Assembly: GCA_030615205.1 (NCBI GenBank)
Contig: JAUWZS010000001.1
Location: 10,019-74,018 of the forward strand
Origin: Candidatus Aenigmatarchaeota archaeon
GTDB lineage: Archaea; Aenigmatarchaeota; Aenigmatarchaeia; CG10238-14; SCSR01
Direction of reading: 5' to 3'
Length of the DNA stretch: 64,000 nucleotides
The notes below the pieces were generated by a model. The model worked only from the letters and a program-made list of their open reading frames with translations, was not told the DNA's origin and searched no databases. The stretch's first letter is position 1, and each line of letters begins with the position of its first letter. Below, one piece after another: positions 51,225 to 61,029 of this stretch. Both the position numbers and the translations under genes were made by a program.

Positions 51225-51839
51225 ATAACAATAATAGCGACAATAGTCGGAATCGATCCAGGTACAAACACTGGCATAGCTGTGCTCGATCTGCACGGTC
51301 GCCTAATTCATCTGTCAAGCAAACGCAATATTGGAAAAAGCGAAATTATAAGAAGGGTAACAAAATTCGGAAAACCGTTGATTGTAACTGTGGATGTGGC
51401 ACCAGCGCCGAGGAATGTTGAGAGAATAGCAAGTTCTATGGGTAGTATTTTATTCCTATTAGAAAAATCTATATCAACTAAAGAAAAGAACGACATTGTC
51501 AAACGATTCAAAAGGAAGTACAAAAAGGAATTTGGAATAGAGCTGAAAATTGGAAATAGACATGAACGAGATGCGCTCGCTGCATCTGTAAAAGCATGGA
51601 AAGGTAACAACTATTTGTTACGGAAAGTGAACAATGCACTGCACAGGCGTGGCTTGGAAAGAATATTCGACAATGTTGTAGAGATATTGGTAAAGGGTGA
51701 AAGTGAAAACATAACGAATGCTATAAGCGAAGTTTTGAAAGGTAGGAAATTGAGAAAAAGAATAAAGAGGAGGGCACATGCCAAAAAGAGGAAAAAGAAG
51801 AGAATTCGAGTTAAGCGAAAGAGGCGTGGAAAAGGTTGA
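51225..51839 (+). CDS. DUF460-family RNase-H-fold protein; start uncertain (possible ATA)
   Basis: IVGIDPGT, GKPLIVTVDV, HERDALAA. Confidence 0.8.
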   Translation: MTIIATIVGIDPGTNTGIAVLDLHGRLIHLSSKRNIGKSEIIRRVTKFGKPLIVTVDVAPAPRNVERIASSMGSILFLLEKSISTKEKNDIVKRFKRKYKKEFGIELKIGNRHERDALAASVKAWKGNNYLLRKVNNALHRRGLERIFDNVVEILVKGESENITNAISEVLKGRKLRKRIKRRAHAKKRKKKRIRVKRKRRGKG

Positions 51840-52362
51840 GATGCTGGCAGACTTTTTGATAAAGTTCAATCTGCTTGCAATCCCTATGTACATAGTCCTT
51901 TTCTTAGGCATAGAACTTTATCCGTTGCAGATAGCTCTGACCGATTTAGTTCATGGAATTATTACAGCGCTAGGATATGAGGCTGTGAAAAATGGTATAA
52001 TGCTGACGTTTGTAAACCCACCGTTCGCCGCTACAATTGTAATGGGCATTGACTGCACAGCTTGGAAAAGCATGTACGCTCTTGCTGCGCTGATGCTTGC
52101 AAGCCCGGTTGCAAATGATAAGAAGAAGTTGAAATATATTCTGCTCGGCATATTGTTTGTATTCGTGCTAAATATAATTCGATTGGTTACAACAGTTTTA
52201 ATCGGCTACCAATTCGGTATGGGTTATCTGGACATTGTGCACACATTGCTTTGGCGTGAGGGTATGATATTCGCTGTTATTGCTATTTGGCTACTATGGA
52301 TTAAAAAGCAAAAAGTAATATTTAGAAAAAAACAAACCATTCTTAGAAAGCTATTGCATTAG
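51778..52362 (+). CDS. Exosortase/archaeosortase-family protein
   Basis: Multi-TM with DCTA, NIIR and a downstream His. Confidence 0.85.
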   Translation: MPKRGKRREFELSERGVEKVEMLADFLIKFNLLAIPMYIVLFLGIELYPLQIALTDLVHGIITALGYEAVKNGIMLTFVNPPFAATIVMGIDCTAWKSMYALAALMLASPVANDKKKLKYILLGILFVFVLNIIRLVTTVLIGYQFGMGYLDIVHTLLWREGMIFAVIAIWLLWIKKQKVIFRKKQTILRKLLH

Positions 52363-52372
52363 AGGTGTATTT

Positions 52373-53917
52373 TTGCCTAAAAGAAGAACTACAAAAGTTC
52401 CGGAAGACTTTGCTAGGATAGAAAATAAATTCAAGCTTAGTCTTGTGAATATGGAAAAGCGTTTTGTGGAATTGGAAATGACCATTTCTGAGCTCAGTGA
52501 GCGATTAAAAGCTGGGCAAATAGAATCAATTAAAGTTTTGAACCAGCGTGTTGAAGGTATAGAAGATCTAATACTGGTTGAACAGGCCGGGCTGGGTGAG
52601 CTGAAAAAAATGATGGAACGTGCTGATACAAGATTTCAAACAGCCATCGAACTAGACAAAAGACTTGAGAGCCGACTTGAAGGAAAGCTGAAAGGGAAGC
52701 TTGAAGAGGAGCTTGAACATAAGCTCAGTACTGTTGAAAATAAAATGGCTGATGTGAAGAAGAGTCTAGCTAGCGTAGAAGAACTTGCGAAAACTGCTGC
52801 CGAGAAGGCAGAAAAGCCCAGCGAATTGCCCGATGAAACTAAAGAAAGAATCTCGCTTATTGAAAAAGAAATCGCCAAAATCAAGACCAGTTCTCCAGTC
52901 GAAAGCATCAGCCCATTAGAAATTGGTGAGCTTAGGACCAGGATGAAGGAGTTGGAAGCGCAGACATCAGTCACCGGACAATTGGTAAATGATTTGAAAA
53001 GCGTCATAGATGAAAAAATCAAAGCAGCTGTTAAAGACGTCCAATTTGGCACAGCAGGATTTGAATTTATGAATTCTAAAATAGAGTCACTTAAAGCCGG
53101 TATAGATGTGTTGGGTGATAAAAGAATCGAAATAGATATGAAAATGAGCGGTTTAGAAGAAAAAATCAGCTTATTGGAGAGACGTGGAAAAGACTCGCTG
53201 CCGGATAAACTGCTTGACGAAGTAAAAACGAGTAAACGAGAGCTCAGCACGAACAAGGTAAAGATAGAATCTCTGGAAAGAGTTGTACGAGAACTGACTG
53301 CACATATGCAAAAAATAGAAAATACGGCGAAGAGATTTGAAAGTTTAGAACGATTAACAAATCTAAAGAAAGAAGTAGATGAAAAACTCAGGAGGTTCAA
53401 ATTCCTAGAAGAGGGGATGTCAAAGCTTTCGGATCGTGTAGAGTTTATGTACAACGACTTGGACAAACGCTTGATGAGTATAAAGAACCAGAAAAAGGAT
53501 ATAGATCATCTCTCTGGCAACATCTCTGAGCTAATAAAAACTATTGAACAGATTAGGATAGATATGAAAAACCGTGTTGATAGAAAAGACCTGGAAAAGA
53601 AGTTGCTTGCTGTTGAAGATAAAATTGGATATGAACTGGAGAAGATGAAAGCGCAAGAAGCCAAATGGAAAAAAGAAAAAGAGCTGCCAGAAGATCTCAA
53701 AAACGCAGTAGATAACTTGAGTATGAGGATGTCCGAAATTGAAAGGGCATTGGAAATGGTTCAATCGTCTATTAGCGAATTGCCTCAAAGAGCACAGCCG
53801 CCGCCAGCGTATGATGCTCATTTGAAAGAGCTTGTCAATAAGCTTGTATTTTTAGAAAGCAAGTTGGCTGCAATGGAGTCCACATTCCAAAAACCTCGGC
53901 CTGTAGTTCTTGAATGA
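52373..53917 (+). CDS. Long coiled-coil protein
   Basis: 514 aa of heptad-rich sequence; TTG start after GAGGTG; ends RPVVLE. Confidence 0.85.
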   Translation: MPKRRTTKVPEDFARIENKFKLSLVNMEKRFVELEMTISELSERLKAGQIESIKVLNQRVEGIEDLILVEQAGLGELKKMMERADTRFQTAIELDKRLESRLEGKLKGKLEEELEHKLSTVENKMADVKKSLASVEELAKTAAEKAEKPSELPDETKERISLIEKEIAKIKTSSPVESISPLEIGELRTRMKELEAQTSVTGQLVNDLKSVIDEKIKAAVKDVQFGTAGFEFMNSKIESLKAGIDVLGDKRIEIDMKMSGLEEKISLLERRGKDSLPDKLLDEVKTSKRELSTNKVKIESLERVVRELTAHMQKIENTAKRFESLERLTNLKKEVDEKLRRFKFLEEGMSKLSDRVEFMYNDLDKRLMSIKNQKKDIDHLSGNISELIKTIEQIRIDMKNRVDRKDLEKKLLAVEDKIGYELEKMKAQEAKWKKEKELPEDLKNAVDNLSMRMSEIERALEMVQSSISELPQRAQPPPAYDAHLKELVNKLVFLESKLAAMESTFQKPRPVVLE

Positions 53918-54029
53918 TTTTAATCTCTTCGAATGATTTTAATGTATAGTAAAATCTGTAAGATTTTTAAGTCTTTAATAGGGAGACCAAGCTGATTATA
54001 AAAATAGGAGTTATAATGGAGGATTATTC

Positions 54030-56138
54030 ATGACTACTAACATAATAATAACCGAAAAACCAGACGCCTCGAGAAAAATAGCGGAGGCTCTTTCCGGAAA
54101 ATACGATAAATCTCTAAAGAAAAAAGAAAAACGAAGAGCATACTGGTACGAATTCAGAAAAGGAAAGAACAAATTCTTTATAGTTCCAGCTGTAGGCCAT
54201 GTATTCGCGCTTGACACAGTAAAAGATGGTAAGGGTTGGAGCTATCCGACTTTTAAAACCCAATGGGTGCCCAGCTTTCAGAAAAAAGGATCGGAATTCT
54301 CTGAAAAATATTACAGAAACATCGAAGATGTCTTATCAAAAATATCAGAAAATGATTCAAAGGCTAATTTTATCATTGCCACAGATTATGACAGAGAAGG
54401 CAGCGTGATTGGGTATAACATTCTCAGATTTTTAGGAAAAAGAGATGATGCTGAGCGCATGAAGTTCTCCACACTCACAAAAGATGAACTAATAGAATCT
54501 TATGAAACCCGCTCTAAACATCTGGATTTTGGACAAATCGAATCCGGGCTCACACGGGTCTATTTGGATTTTTATTGGGGCATCAACCTGACACGCGCAC
54601 TAACACTTGCAATGAAAAGCGTAGCTGACAGGGGATTCGCAATCCTGTCAACAGGCCGCGTGCAAGGACCAACATTGGCTATGCTGCTTGAGAAAGAGCT
54701 GGAGGTTCGCCAATTCAGACCTAAACCATTCTGGCAACTGGAAGCAATAATCAAAATAAATAAAGCAGAGTTCGTTGCAACATATGAAAAAGAGAGAATA
54801 TGGGAAAAAGAGGACGCTGTGAGCATATACAAAGCGTGTAAGGCCCGTGATGCAAAAGCGATTGTAAAAAACATAAAAAAACGAAAGTACAAACAAAAAC
54901 CGCCTGTTCCATTCAACACAACAGACATGCAATCCGAAGCATATACACAATTCAAATATTCGCCAAAGCAGACACTAAGCATTGTTGAAAGCCTGTACCA
55001 AGCCGGAGCAATATCGTACCCCCGTTCGTCATCGCAAAAGCTGCCGCCTAGTATAAACTACAAACGAATCCTTCAAGCACTTGCAAAGCTTAAGCTGTAC
55101 GAAGCATTCGCAAAAGAATTATTGAAAAAATCCAAGCTCATTCCAAACGAAGGCAAACGCACAGATCTAGCACATCCAGCAATATATCCTACATTTGAAC
55201 CGCCCGCGCTCGCAAAACTAACCGGACAACAAAAAAGAATGTATGATTTAATTGTCCGGCGATTCATAGCTGTGTTCGCAAAACACGCACTCCGCGAAAG
55301 CATCACCGTAGACCTGGACATAGAAAACAATAAATTCAGACTCAATGGCAAAACAACAATCGAACCCGGGTGGACAAAATACTATGGAAAATATTTGGCA
55401 TTTGAAGAACAGCAGCTACCAGACCTAAAAGTCGGCGATGAGCTGGATATAAAGAAAATTGATATGTTCGAGAAAGAAACGCAACCGCCTGGACGTTTCA
55501 GCCAAGGTTCGATATTAAAAGAAATGGAAAAGCATGGCATCGGAACGCGTGCCACTCGCGCTGAAATCTTGCAAACACTCTACAACCGCAAATACATAAC
55601 AGGCAAAAGCATAAACGTAACAAAGCTCGGAGAGACTGTAACAACTGTACTGAAAAAACATTGTCCTCGAATACTCAGCGAAGAACTCACGCGACGATTT
55701 GAAGAAGAAATGGAAGAAGTCTACAACAGCAAGAAAAAACGCGAGCAAGTTGTCAAAGAAGCTAAAAACATATTAATAGAAACTCTCAGCGAATTCAAAA
55801 ACAACGAAAAAGAAATCGGTAAACAACTGCTTGACGGCTTGATCGAATCGAGAAAAGAAGAGTATAGAATAGGCGTATGTCCTAAATGCAGCAGTGAATT
55901 GAGAATAATAGTTTCCAAACGTACTAGAAAACGTTTCGTTGGTTGTAGCAGTTATCCTGAATGCAAAACAGCATTTCCACTTCCTCAGAGAGGATTTATA
56001 ACAAAACTCAACACAGCCTGCAAAGACTGCGGACTGCCAATGATACAAATCAAGCGAAAAGGTAGGCGGCCATATCGTATGTGCATAAATCATGAATGCA
56101 AATCAAAGGAAAATTGGGGAAAGAAAAAGAAAAAATAA
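54030..56138 (+). CDS. topA: DNA topoisomerase type IA
   Basis: TEKP, ATDYDREG, STGRVQGPTL, ISYPR, GTRATRA, C-terminal Zn ribbons. Confidence 0.97.
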   Translation: MTTNIIITEKPDASRKIAEALSGKYDKSLKKKEKRRAYWYEFRKGKNKFFIVPAVGHVFALDTVKDGKGWSYPTFKTQWVPSFQKKGSEFSEKYYRNIEDVLSKISENDSKANFIIATDYDREGSVIGYNILRFLGKRDDAERMKFSTLTKDELIESYETRSKHLDFGQIESGLTRVYLDFYWGINLTRALTLAMKSVADRGFAILSTGRVQGPTLAMLLEKELEVRQFRPKPFWQLEAIIKINKAEFVATYEKERIWEKEDAVSIYKACKARDAKAIVKNIKKRKYKQKPPVPFNTTDMQSEAYTQFKYSPKQTLSIVESLYQAGAISYPRSSSQKLPPSINYKRILQALAKLKLYEAFAKELLKKSKLIPNEGKRTDLAHPAIYPTFEPPALAKLTGQQKRMYDLIVRRFIAVFAKHALRESITVDLDIENNKFRLNGKTTIEPGWTKYYGKYLAFEEQQLPDLKVGDELDIKKIDMFEKETQPPGRFSQGSILKEMEKHGIGTRATRAEILQTLYNRKYITGKSINVTKLGETVTTVLKKHCPRILSEELTRRFEEEMEEVYNSKKKREQVVKEAKNILIETLSEFKNNEKEIGKQLLDGLIESRKEEYRIGVCPKCSSELRIIVSKRTRKRFVGCSSYPECKTAFPLPQRGFITKLNTACKDCGLPMIQIKRKGRRPYRMCINHECKSKENWGKKKKK

Positions 56139-56169
56139 ATTTATTAGTTCTAAAAATCCAATTCTAATC

Positions 56170-56412
56170 ATGGTAAAGCGTAAGAGATCTGTGAAGAAAT
56201 TGAAAACTAGAAATAATATAACAATAAAATTGTTGCCGCTGTTTATAATAACCGTTTGCATAGTATTCTCGTTCTTGTTTACTGTTATGATGGTACCATT
56301 AGGTAACGTAACAGCAGATATAAAATCCCTATTTCTGATGCTTCTGGTCGTTAGCACAACAGTCGCTTCAGCAGTTTCGATAATATTCTATACCTTCTTT
56401 TTAAAGAAGTAG
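56170..56412 (+). CDS. Small membrane protein
   Basis: Basic N-terminus plus two TM helices. Confidence 0.65.
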   Translation: MVKRKRSVKKLKTRNNITIKLLPLFIITVCIVFSFLFTVMMVPLGNVTADIKSLFLMLLVVSTTVASAVSIIFYTFFLKK

Positions 56413-56422
56413 ATCCGATAAG

Positions 56423-56452
56423 TTAACAGAACCAAAAACCGTGTTCTGTTAA
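56423..56452. repeat. Palindromic site A: TTAACAGAAC-N10-GTTCTGTTAA
   Basis: Perfect 10-bp arms; 26/30 identical to 59133..59162. Confidence 0.85.
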
Positions 56453-56653
56453 TTTGAGGGGTTCTGGATGAACTGTTAACTGCGGGGCTTTTGCACTATG
56501 ACTTAGTCCAATTTGGAATGCTCATCTTTATAAATAATCATACACCATAACTTACTAACATAATTTAAACTCCAACAGAAAGAAACTTGTGTTGTTCTAA
56601 CTCACGAACAGCGTTTTCTGAAGTTGGATAATAATTAGTTGGAGGTATATTTA

Positions 56654-57631
56654 ATGAGTTTAAGAGTTCGTAACAAAGGATTTGAAGTTCACAGAACCTT
56701 AAAAGGACAGTTCTGTGGCAGAGTTGTCGATATAAAAATTGATGGTGTTACCATAGAAACACCAAAAACAGTCCCAAGCAAAAAAGAGCTTGAATATTTT
56801 TCTCAAGCTGATAGGCGAACAGCAGATTTGTCTGTAGTTCAATATGTTACACAAATGAGACATTTTGGAGGATTCCAAAGTTCTGCAGACCAGACAAGAG
56901 AAAAACTGTTATATGAATCGTTTCTTCGAGCGAACCAAGGTAGCATTGTAGATTTCTTTCTCCAATATCCACACCGTTTTAATTTGACTAACAGACAACA
57001 AGCTATGGCTATGGATTTACAAAACGACACTGTCTCAAAATTTGTTTCTCACTTTGAACAAAATAGAAATCAGAAAGCAGATGTTTTCGAAAAGGAAATC
57101 ATATTGCTAAGGAAAACATACAACGACAAGATATTTACCCCGAGCGTTCATATGAAAACAGAAAAGGAGGGACTCATAAGAAAAAAGGTTAAGGTAGTGT
57201 TGAATAACGGTTTTCAGAGAGTGAATGTCATTTACGCTTCAATACTTGAAAACCCATCAAATTGGTTCGCACTTTCTAACTTAATTTATGACAAAGACTT
57301 ATGGGTTAACGTGGTTGGGGTTTTACCACGAATGACAATAAAAGAAAAAACTGCTATGATTCCTTGGACATTCCTCTTTGGAGCTAATACAACATCTTTA
57401 GCTAAAGCTTGGGGTGGTGGTTCAGCGTATCCACGCCATTTAAACAGAGATACATCTTGCTTTGATATAGTGGACAGGAATATTTCATATCCAAAATCAA
57501 GAGCAGAAAATGTTAAAGAAACTGAAATAGTAAGTCAAGATATTAAAAATAGTATATTGCAACAAAACTTATTCAGAAATCTTGTTCGTAACAGAGCAGG
57601 ACTTAGGGATATCATTAACAGACTGCGCTAA
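56654..57631 (+). CDS. Hypothetical protein, possibly a divergent TIM barrel
   Basis: 325 aa after GGAGGT; N-terminal R...I..DG..IETP resembles the TGT-like start (weak). Confidence 0.7.
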   Translation: MSLRVRNKGFEVHRTLKGQFCGRVVDIKIDGVTIETPKTVPSKKELEYFSQADRRTADLSVVQYVTQMRHFGGFQSSADQTREKLLYESFLRANQGSIVDFFLQYPHRFNLTNRQQAMAMDLQNDTVSKFVSHFEQNRNQKADVFEKEIILLRKTYNDKIFTPSVHMKTEKEGLIRKKVKVVLNNGFQRVNVIYASILENPSNWFALSNLIYDKDLWVNVVGVLPRMTIKEKTAMIPWTFLFGANTTSLAKAWGGGSAYPRHLNRDTSCFDIVDRNISYPKSRAENVKETEIVSQDIKNSILQQNLFRNLVRNRAGLRDIINRLR

Positions 57632-57898
57632 TGGATGTGAACCTATTACATCCATAATTTCTTTTTTGAATTTTTTAGTTCTCGCTTGGATTAGATTTCT
57701 ACAGTGGGTTTCTTGTAGACCATCTTTAAAGGAGTTGAAAGGAAGGCAATTTAATCTTTCTTTTTTTTCTTTATTACAATTTACGCAAATTTTCTTTCGA
57801 TAGTCCCAATTATATTTTAGAAGTCTTTGCTCCAAAAGAAATCCTTGATTATTCCATTCTTTAATATCCTGAGAAATATTTTTAGTTCTTGTTATCAT
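57569..57898 (-). CDS. Hypothetical Cys-containing protein
   Basis: 109 aa with CVNC and two further Cys. Confidence 0.55.
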   Translation of the reverse strand: MITRTKNISQDIKEWNNQGFLLEQRLLKYNWDYRKKICVNCNKEKKERLNCLPFNSFKDGLQETHCRNLIQARTKKFKKEIMDVIGSHPLAQSVNDIPKSCSVTNKISE

Positions 57899-57990
57899 AT
57901 TAGTAATATTAGTATTTTTAGTATAAATACTATTTCTACTATTTTTAGTATAAATAGTAGATTTAATATACTACGATTTAAATTATAATT

Positions 57991-58158
57991 ATGGGTGAAA
58001 AGATTTTGGATACATCAGAAATAGAGAAAAAAAGAAATTATCAATTGACTTTAAAAAGACGTGTTAGAGAAGCATTAGGTATTAAAAATCAAGCTAAAAA
58101 AGTTGAACTAAAATTTATTTTAGATGGTAAAAAAGTTGTAATAAAGAAAAATGAATAA
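57991..58158 (+). CDS. AbrB/MazE-like small DNA-binding protein (55 aa)
   Basis: Manual translation ...YQLTLKRRVREALGIK....VELKFILDGKKVVIKK. Confidence 0.7.
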   Translation: MGEKILDTSEIEKKRNYQLTLKRRVREALGIKNQAKKVELKFILDGKKVVIKKNE

Positions 58159-58169
58159 GTTTTTGCTAT

Positions 58170-58300
58170 TTTTTCTTAATCCAATCCTTTATCGCTTCGG
58201 ATAGGGCTATTGTTATGTTACCCTTCTTGAACCCAAGTTTTTTTACGACAGCTTCTCTGAATCTCTTGTCAAGTTCTACATAGACTCGCAGTATAGTTTT
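58170..58300 (-). pseudogene. Ribbon-helix-helix-like remnant
   Basis: Reads ELDKRFREAVVKKLGFKKGNITIALSEAIKDWIKK; no convincing start codon found. Confidence 0.45.
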
Positions 58301-58568
58301 GTGATTGAGGCGAACGGAACTAACGTTAGGAAAAATATAAATAGGAATGTCAACAAAAAATAAGTAAGATTAGCAGGGAGGACATCGCTGACCATCCCTG
58401 CCAGTTATCATTAGAACGATGTTCTAACTCACTAAATAAAAGTTGGATTTCGTGCATATATAAAATAGTTAGTTTGGCGCGGTTTGGACGGTAGTTCTAC
58501 TTGATTCTTGGCTCATAAGGTCAGCACCTCCTTGAAAATCTGTTAAAAGAATGGAGGTGAAAGAAAAA

Positions 58569-58730
58569 ATGGCTAAGAAATACAATCCATACGAAGCAGC
58601 TGCTCGATATTATAGTCTGACTAAAAAGCTAATAAAAGACCACGATACTAAAATGATGGAACAGTTAGATAATATCAAAACAAGTCTTACCGAGATTAAA
58701 GAAGCTTTGAAAATAGAGCAAAAAGCTTAG
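58569..58730 (+). CDS. 53-aa helical protein
   Basis: GGAGGTGA RBS then MAKKYNPYEAAARYYSL...EIKEALKIEQKA. Confidence 0.7.
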   Translation: MAKKYNPYEAAARYYSLTKKLIKDHDTKMMEQLDNIKTSLTEIKEALKIEQKA

Positions 58731-59017
58731 TCTTTAAAGGCGGTTTTGGGGATTGAGACTTCTGTTTCTTTTCCCATACTTCTGAAAATTAATGATATCT
58801 TCTCAGAACTGTTGCTTATGAACAGATATCTATCGGGCTCATCTTTTCGAATTGAAAAACTATCAGCTTCTTTTGATACAACTTTTTCAATTAGCGGGAG
58901 AATTTCAAAATTGATTTGTTCTTCAATCCTCTTAATAATCTGCATAGCTTCAGATGAAGAAATCGGCTTCTCCATCATAGCGTTCTCTTGTTTTTTAAGA
59001 ATTAGGTTGGCACTCAT
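58727..59017 (-). CDS. Hypothetical protein
   Basis: 96-aa ORF convergent with 58569..58730. Confidence 0.6.
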   Translation of the reverse strand: MSANLILKKQENAMMEKPISSSEAMQIIKRIEEQINFEILPLIEKVVSKEADSFSIRKDEPDRYLFISNSSEKISLIFRSMGKETEVSIPKTAFKD

Positions 59018-59132
59018 AATATCACTATATTATTTATGGGATAAGTATTATACCTCGCTTTCGATGGGGGGCAAGTCCGATGAGCCCCGATGGTTAACAA
59101 CACTTTACTTTCACCTCAAAAGCCCTGCTAAA

Positions 59133-59162
59133 TTAACAGAACATCAAACCGGGTTCTGTTAA
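59133..59162. repeat. Palindromic site B: TTAACAGAAC-N10-GTTCTGTTAA
   Basis: Second copy of the 56423 site. Confidence 0.85.
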
Positions 59163-59299
59163 GTCTTTAATTGGTAAGCAAAATTTGACATCTTTGTTCA
59201 ATTCCGATTGGTAGAATCTGTTAAATCTCAATTGTTAAAAATCGATTGGTTTTTATGGCTTTGCATAAAGTTAACTTAATCAATTGCAATTAGTTATTT

Positions 59300-59866
59300 A
59301 TGAAAATCGTAGCAGAATATTCTTTTAAGGGTGGGAAAGAATTTATAGAAAAAAATCATTTAGCCGAGCTTAAAGAAATTAAAGAGGTTGTATCTTCAGT
59401 TGATGCACCATCTTGCAAAACAAAGGAAAGTAAAGAAAAAACTATGAAAGGTAGAATGTTGTATTCTCCGATAAAGTTAAATAATATCTTTTTTGATGGG
59501 TTCAAAAAAAGAGGGTGGAATACGGTTAGAATTCAAGTTAATACCACTGTTCCTGAAATAAACAAGACACATAAAGGATTCAGGGAAATCGACATGATAA
59601 AAAATAAATTGGGTGTAGAAATCCAATTTGGAAAGTATGCCTTTATGGTATATAATGTTTCAGCGAAGATGACAATCTTTTCGAAACAAAGTATAATCGA
59701 TTCAGGTGTAGAAATAGTACCTATGTTAAGTTTGGCGAAAGAAATGTCAACTGGTGTATCTTATTTCGAACAGATGAAAACAGATTTGGAGATGAGGGGT
59801 GAAAGTGATATTGATATACCAGTCCTAATTTTGGGCATTGACAAAGATAAATTGAATAAACAATAG
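59300..59866 (+). CDS. Type II restriction endonuclease, BglII/BstYI family
   Basis: EIDMIKNKLGVEIQFGKY (D...ExQ active site), MSTGVSYFE. Confidence 0.88.
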   Translation: MKIVAEYSFKGGKEFIEKNHLAELKEIKEVVSSVDAPSCKTKESKEKTMKGRMLYSPIKLNNIFFDGFKKRGWNTVRIQVNTTVPEINKTHKGFREIDMIKNKLGVEIQFGKYAFMVYNVSAKMTIFSKQSIIDSGVEIVPMLSLAKEMSTGVSYFEQMKTDLEMRGESDIDIPVLILGIDKDKLNKQ

Positions 59867-60715
59867 TTACTTCTTTACTTCAAATTTAGTAAAATCTCCA
59901 AGTTTTCTTTGTTCGATATATTTTTTCAATCTGCCCCAAGTAACATCAATATATTTTTTCTTTGTTTCTGCACCTATAACTCTTCTACCTAATCTCAACG
60001 CTACTACGGCGGTAGTTCCAGAACCCAAGAATGGGTCAAATACCCAATCATCTCTTTTAGTAGTAGCTAAAATGATTCTCTCTATAAGAGCTTCAGGATA
60101 TTGAGCAGGATGTAAAGTCTTTTCAGGGATGTTAGCATGTACGTTTGAAATATCCCACACATCGCCAGGATTCTTACCCAAAGGGTGAGACGATACTTTA
60201 CCCTTATTTGGGCCCTTGTAAGCTTTTTTCTTAGGATATAGTTGTGGTACTCGAATATCATCCAAGTTAAAAATATAATTATCAGATTTTGTGAACCATA
60301 ACACAGTTTCATATCTTCCAGAAAGTCTCTTTTTAGCATGTAAACCATGACGGAAATGCCACACGATTCGATTGCGTAATTTCATTCCTAGGTTTTTGAA
60401 AATAGGATATAATAAAGTATCTAGAGGTATTATTTCGCCCTTATTTATATAATTCCCGACTTCCCAACATATACTTCCATTCTCTGCGAGTATTTTGTGG
60501 CATTTATTTATTATTTCTTGATGCCATTTTACATAATCATCTAGACTCATTATTTTTTCATATTCTTTGCCAATATTGTAGGGCGGTGATGTAACTATAA
60601 GAGTAACAAATTCTTTGGGAATTTCTTTCATTAATTCTTTACAATCCCCATGAAAAATTACCAAGTTCACTCTTGGATCAAATGTTTTCGCGACTTTAAT
60701 AGAAGTATTTTTCAT
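59867..60715 (-). CDS. Beta-class amino DNA methyltransferase (likely N4-C)
   Basis: TSPPY precedes DPFLGSGTT; HPAQYP. Confidence 0.93.
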   Translation of the reverse strand: MKNTSIKVAKTFDPRVNLVIFHGDCKELMKEIPKEFVTLIVTSPPYNIGKEYEKIMSLDDYVKWHQEIINKCHKILAENGSICWEVGNYINKGEIIPLDTLLYPIFKNLGMKLRNRIVWHFRHGLHAKKRLSGRYETVLWFTKSDNYIFNLDDIRVPQLYPKKKAYKGPNKGKVSSHPLGKNPGDVWDISNVHANIPEKTLHPAQYPEALIERIILATTKRDDWVFDPFLGSGTTAVVALRLGRRVIGAETKKKYIDVTWGRLKKYIEQRKLGDFTKFEVKK

Positions 60716-60987
60716 TTACGCACCTTTTTATTTTTAGCCAGTTCTTTAAAAGCTTTATCCAACGATTTTAACTTGTACACTCTCTTTCTTGCATCCTTCG
60801 GGTCAAAATTCACTTTCAACCAACCAAGTTTTCTAAGCTCAGAGAGTGCAACGTTGAGCGAACCTTGATTGTCCTTCAAAATCTTCTTAGCAGTCCCAAA
60901 ATCAAACTCTTTAGTCTTGAGTTTAGACCACAATATCGCGTATCTTTTCATTAGCCATCTTGGGAGAGGTTTTGCCATCAAGAACAC
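60712..60987 (-). CDS. Small wHTH regulator coupled to the methyltransferase
   Basis: LSELRKLGWL..DPKDARKRVY wing; stop overlaps the MTase start. Confidence 0.8.
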   Translation of the reverse strand: MFLMAKPLPRWLMKRYAILWSKLKTKEFDFGTAKKILKDNQGSLNVALSELRKLGWLKVNFDPKDARKRVYKLKSLDKAFKELAKNKKVRK

Positions 60988-61029
60988 CTAAGTAATTGCT
61001 AATTATATTAAAAAGGATAAATAAATAGA

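Noticed and set aside
52636..53466. 276-aa antisense ORF and similar long antisense ORFs elsewhere
   Set aside because: S/F/L-rich mirror of the codon bias of the K/E-rich sense gene
52373..53917. SMC/Rad50 ATPase
   Set aside because: No Walker A/B or signature motifs; coiled coil only
53912..53944. 13-bp direct repeat GAATGATTTTAAT
   Set aside because: Two adjacent AT-rich copies at a gene end with nothing inserted; likely local duplication
59060..59100. Hammerhead ribozyme or riboswitch at GGGGC...CCGATGAGCCCC
   Set aside because: The core would need CUGAUGA plus a correctly placed GAAA; only a weak hairpin is supportable
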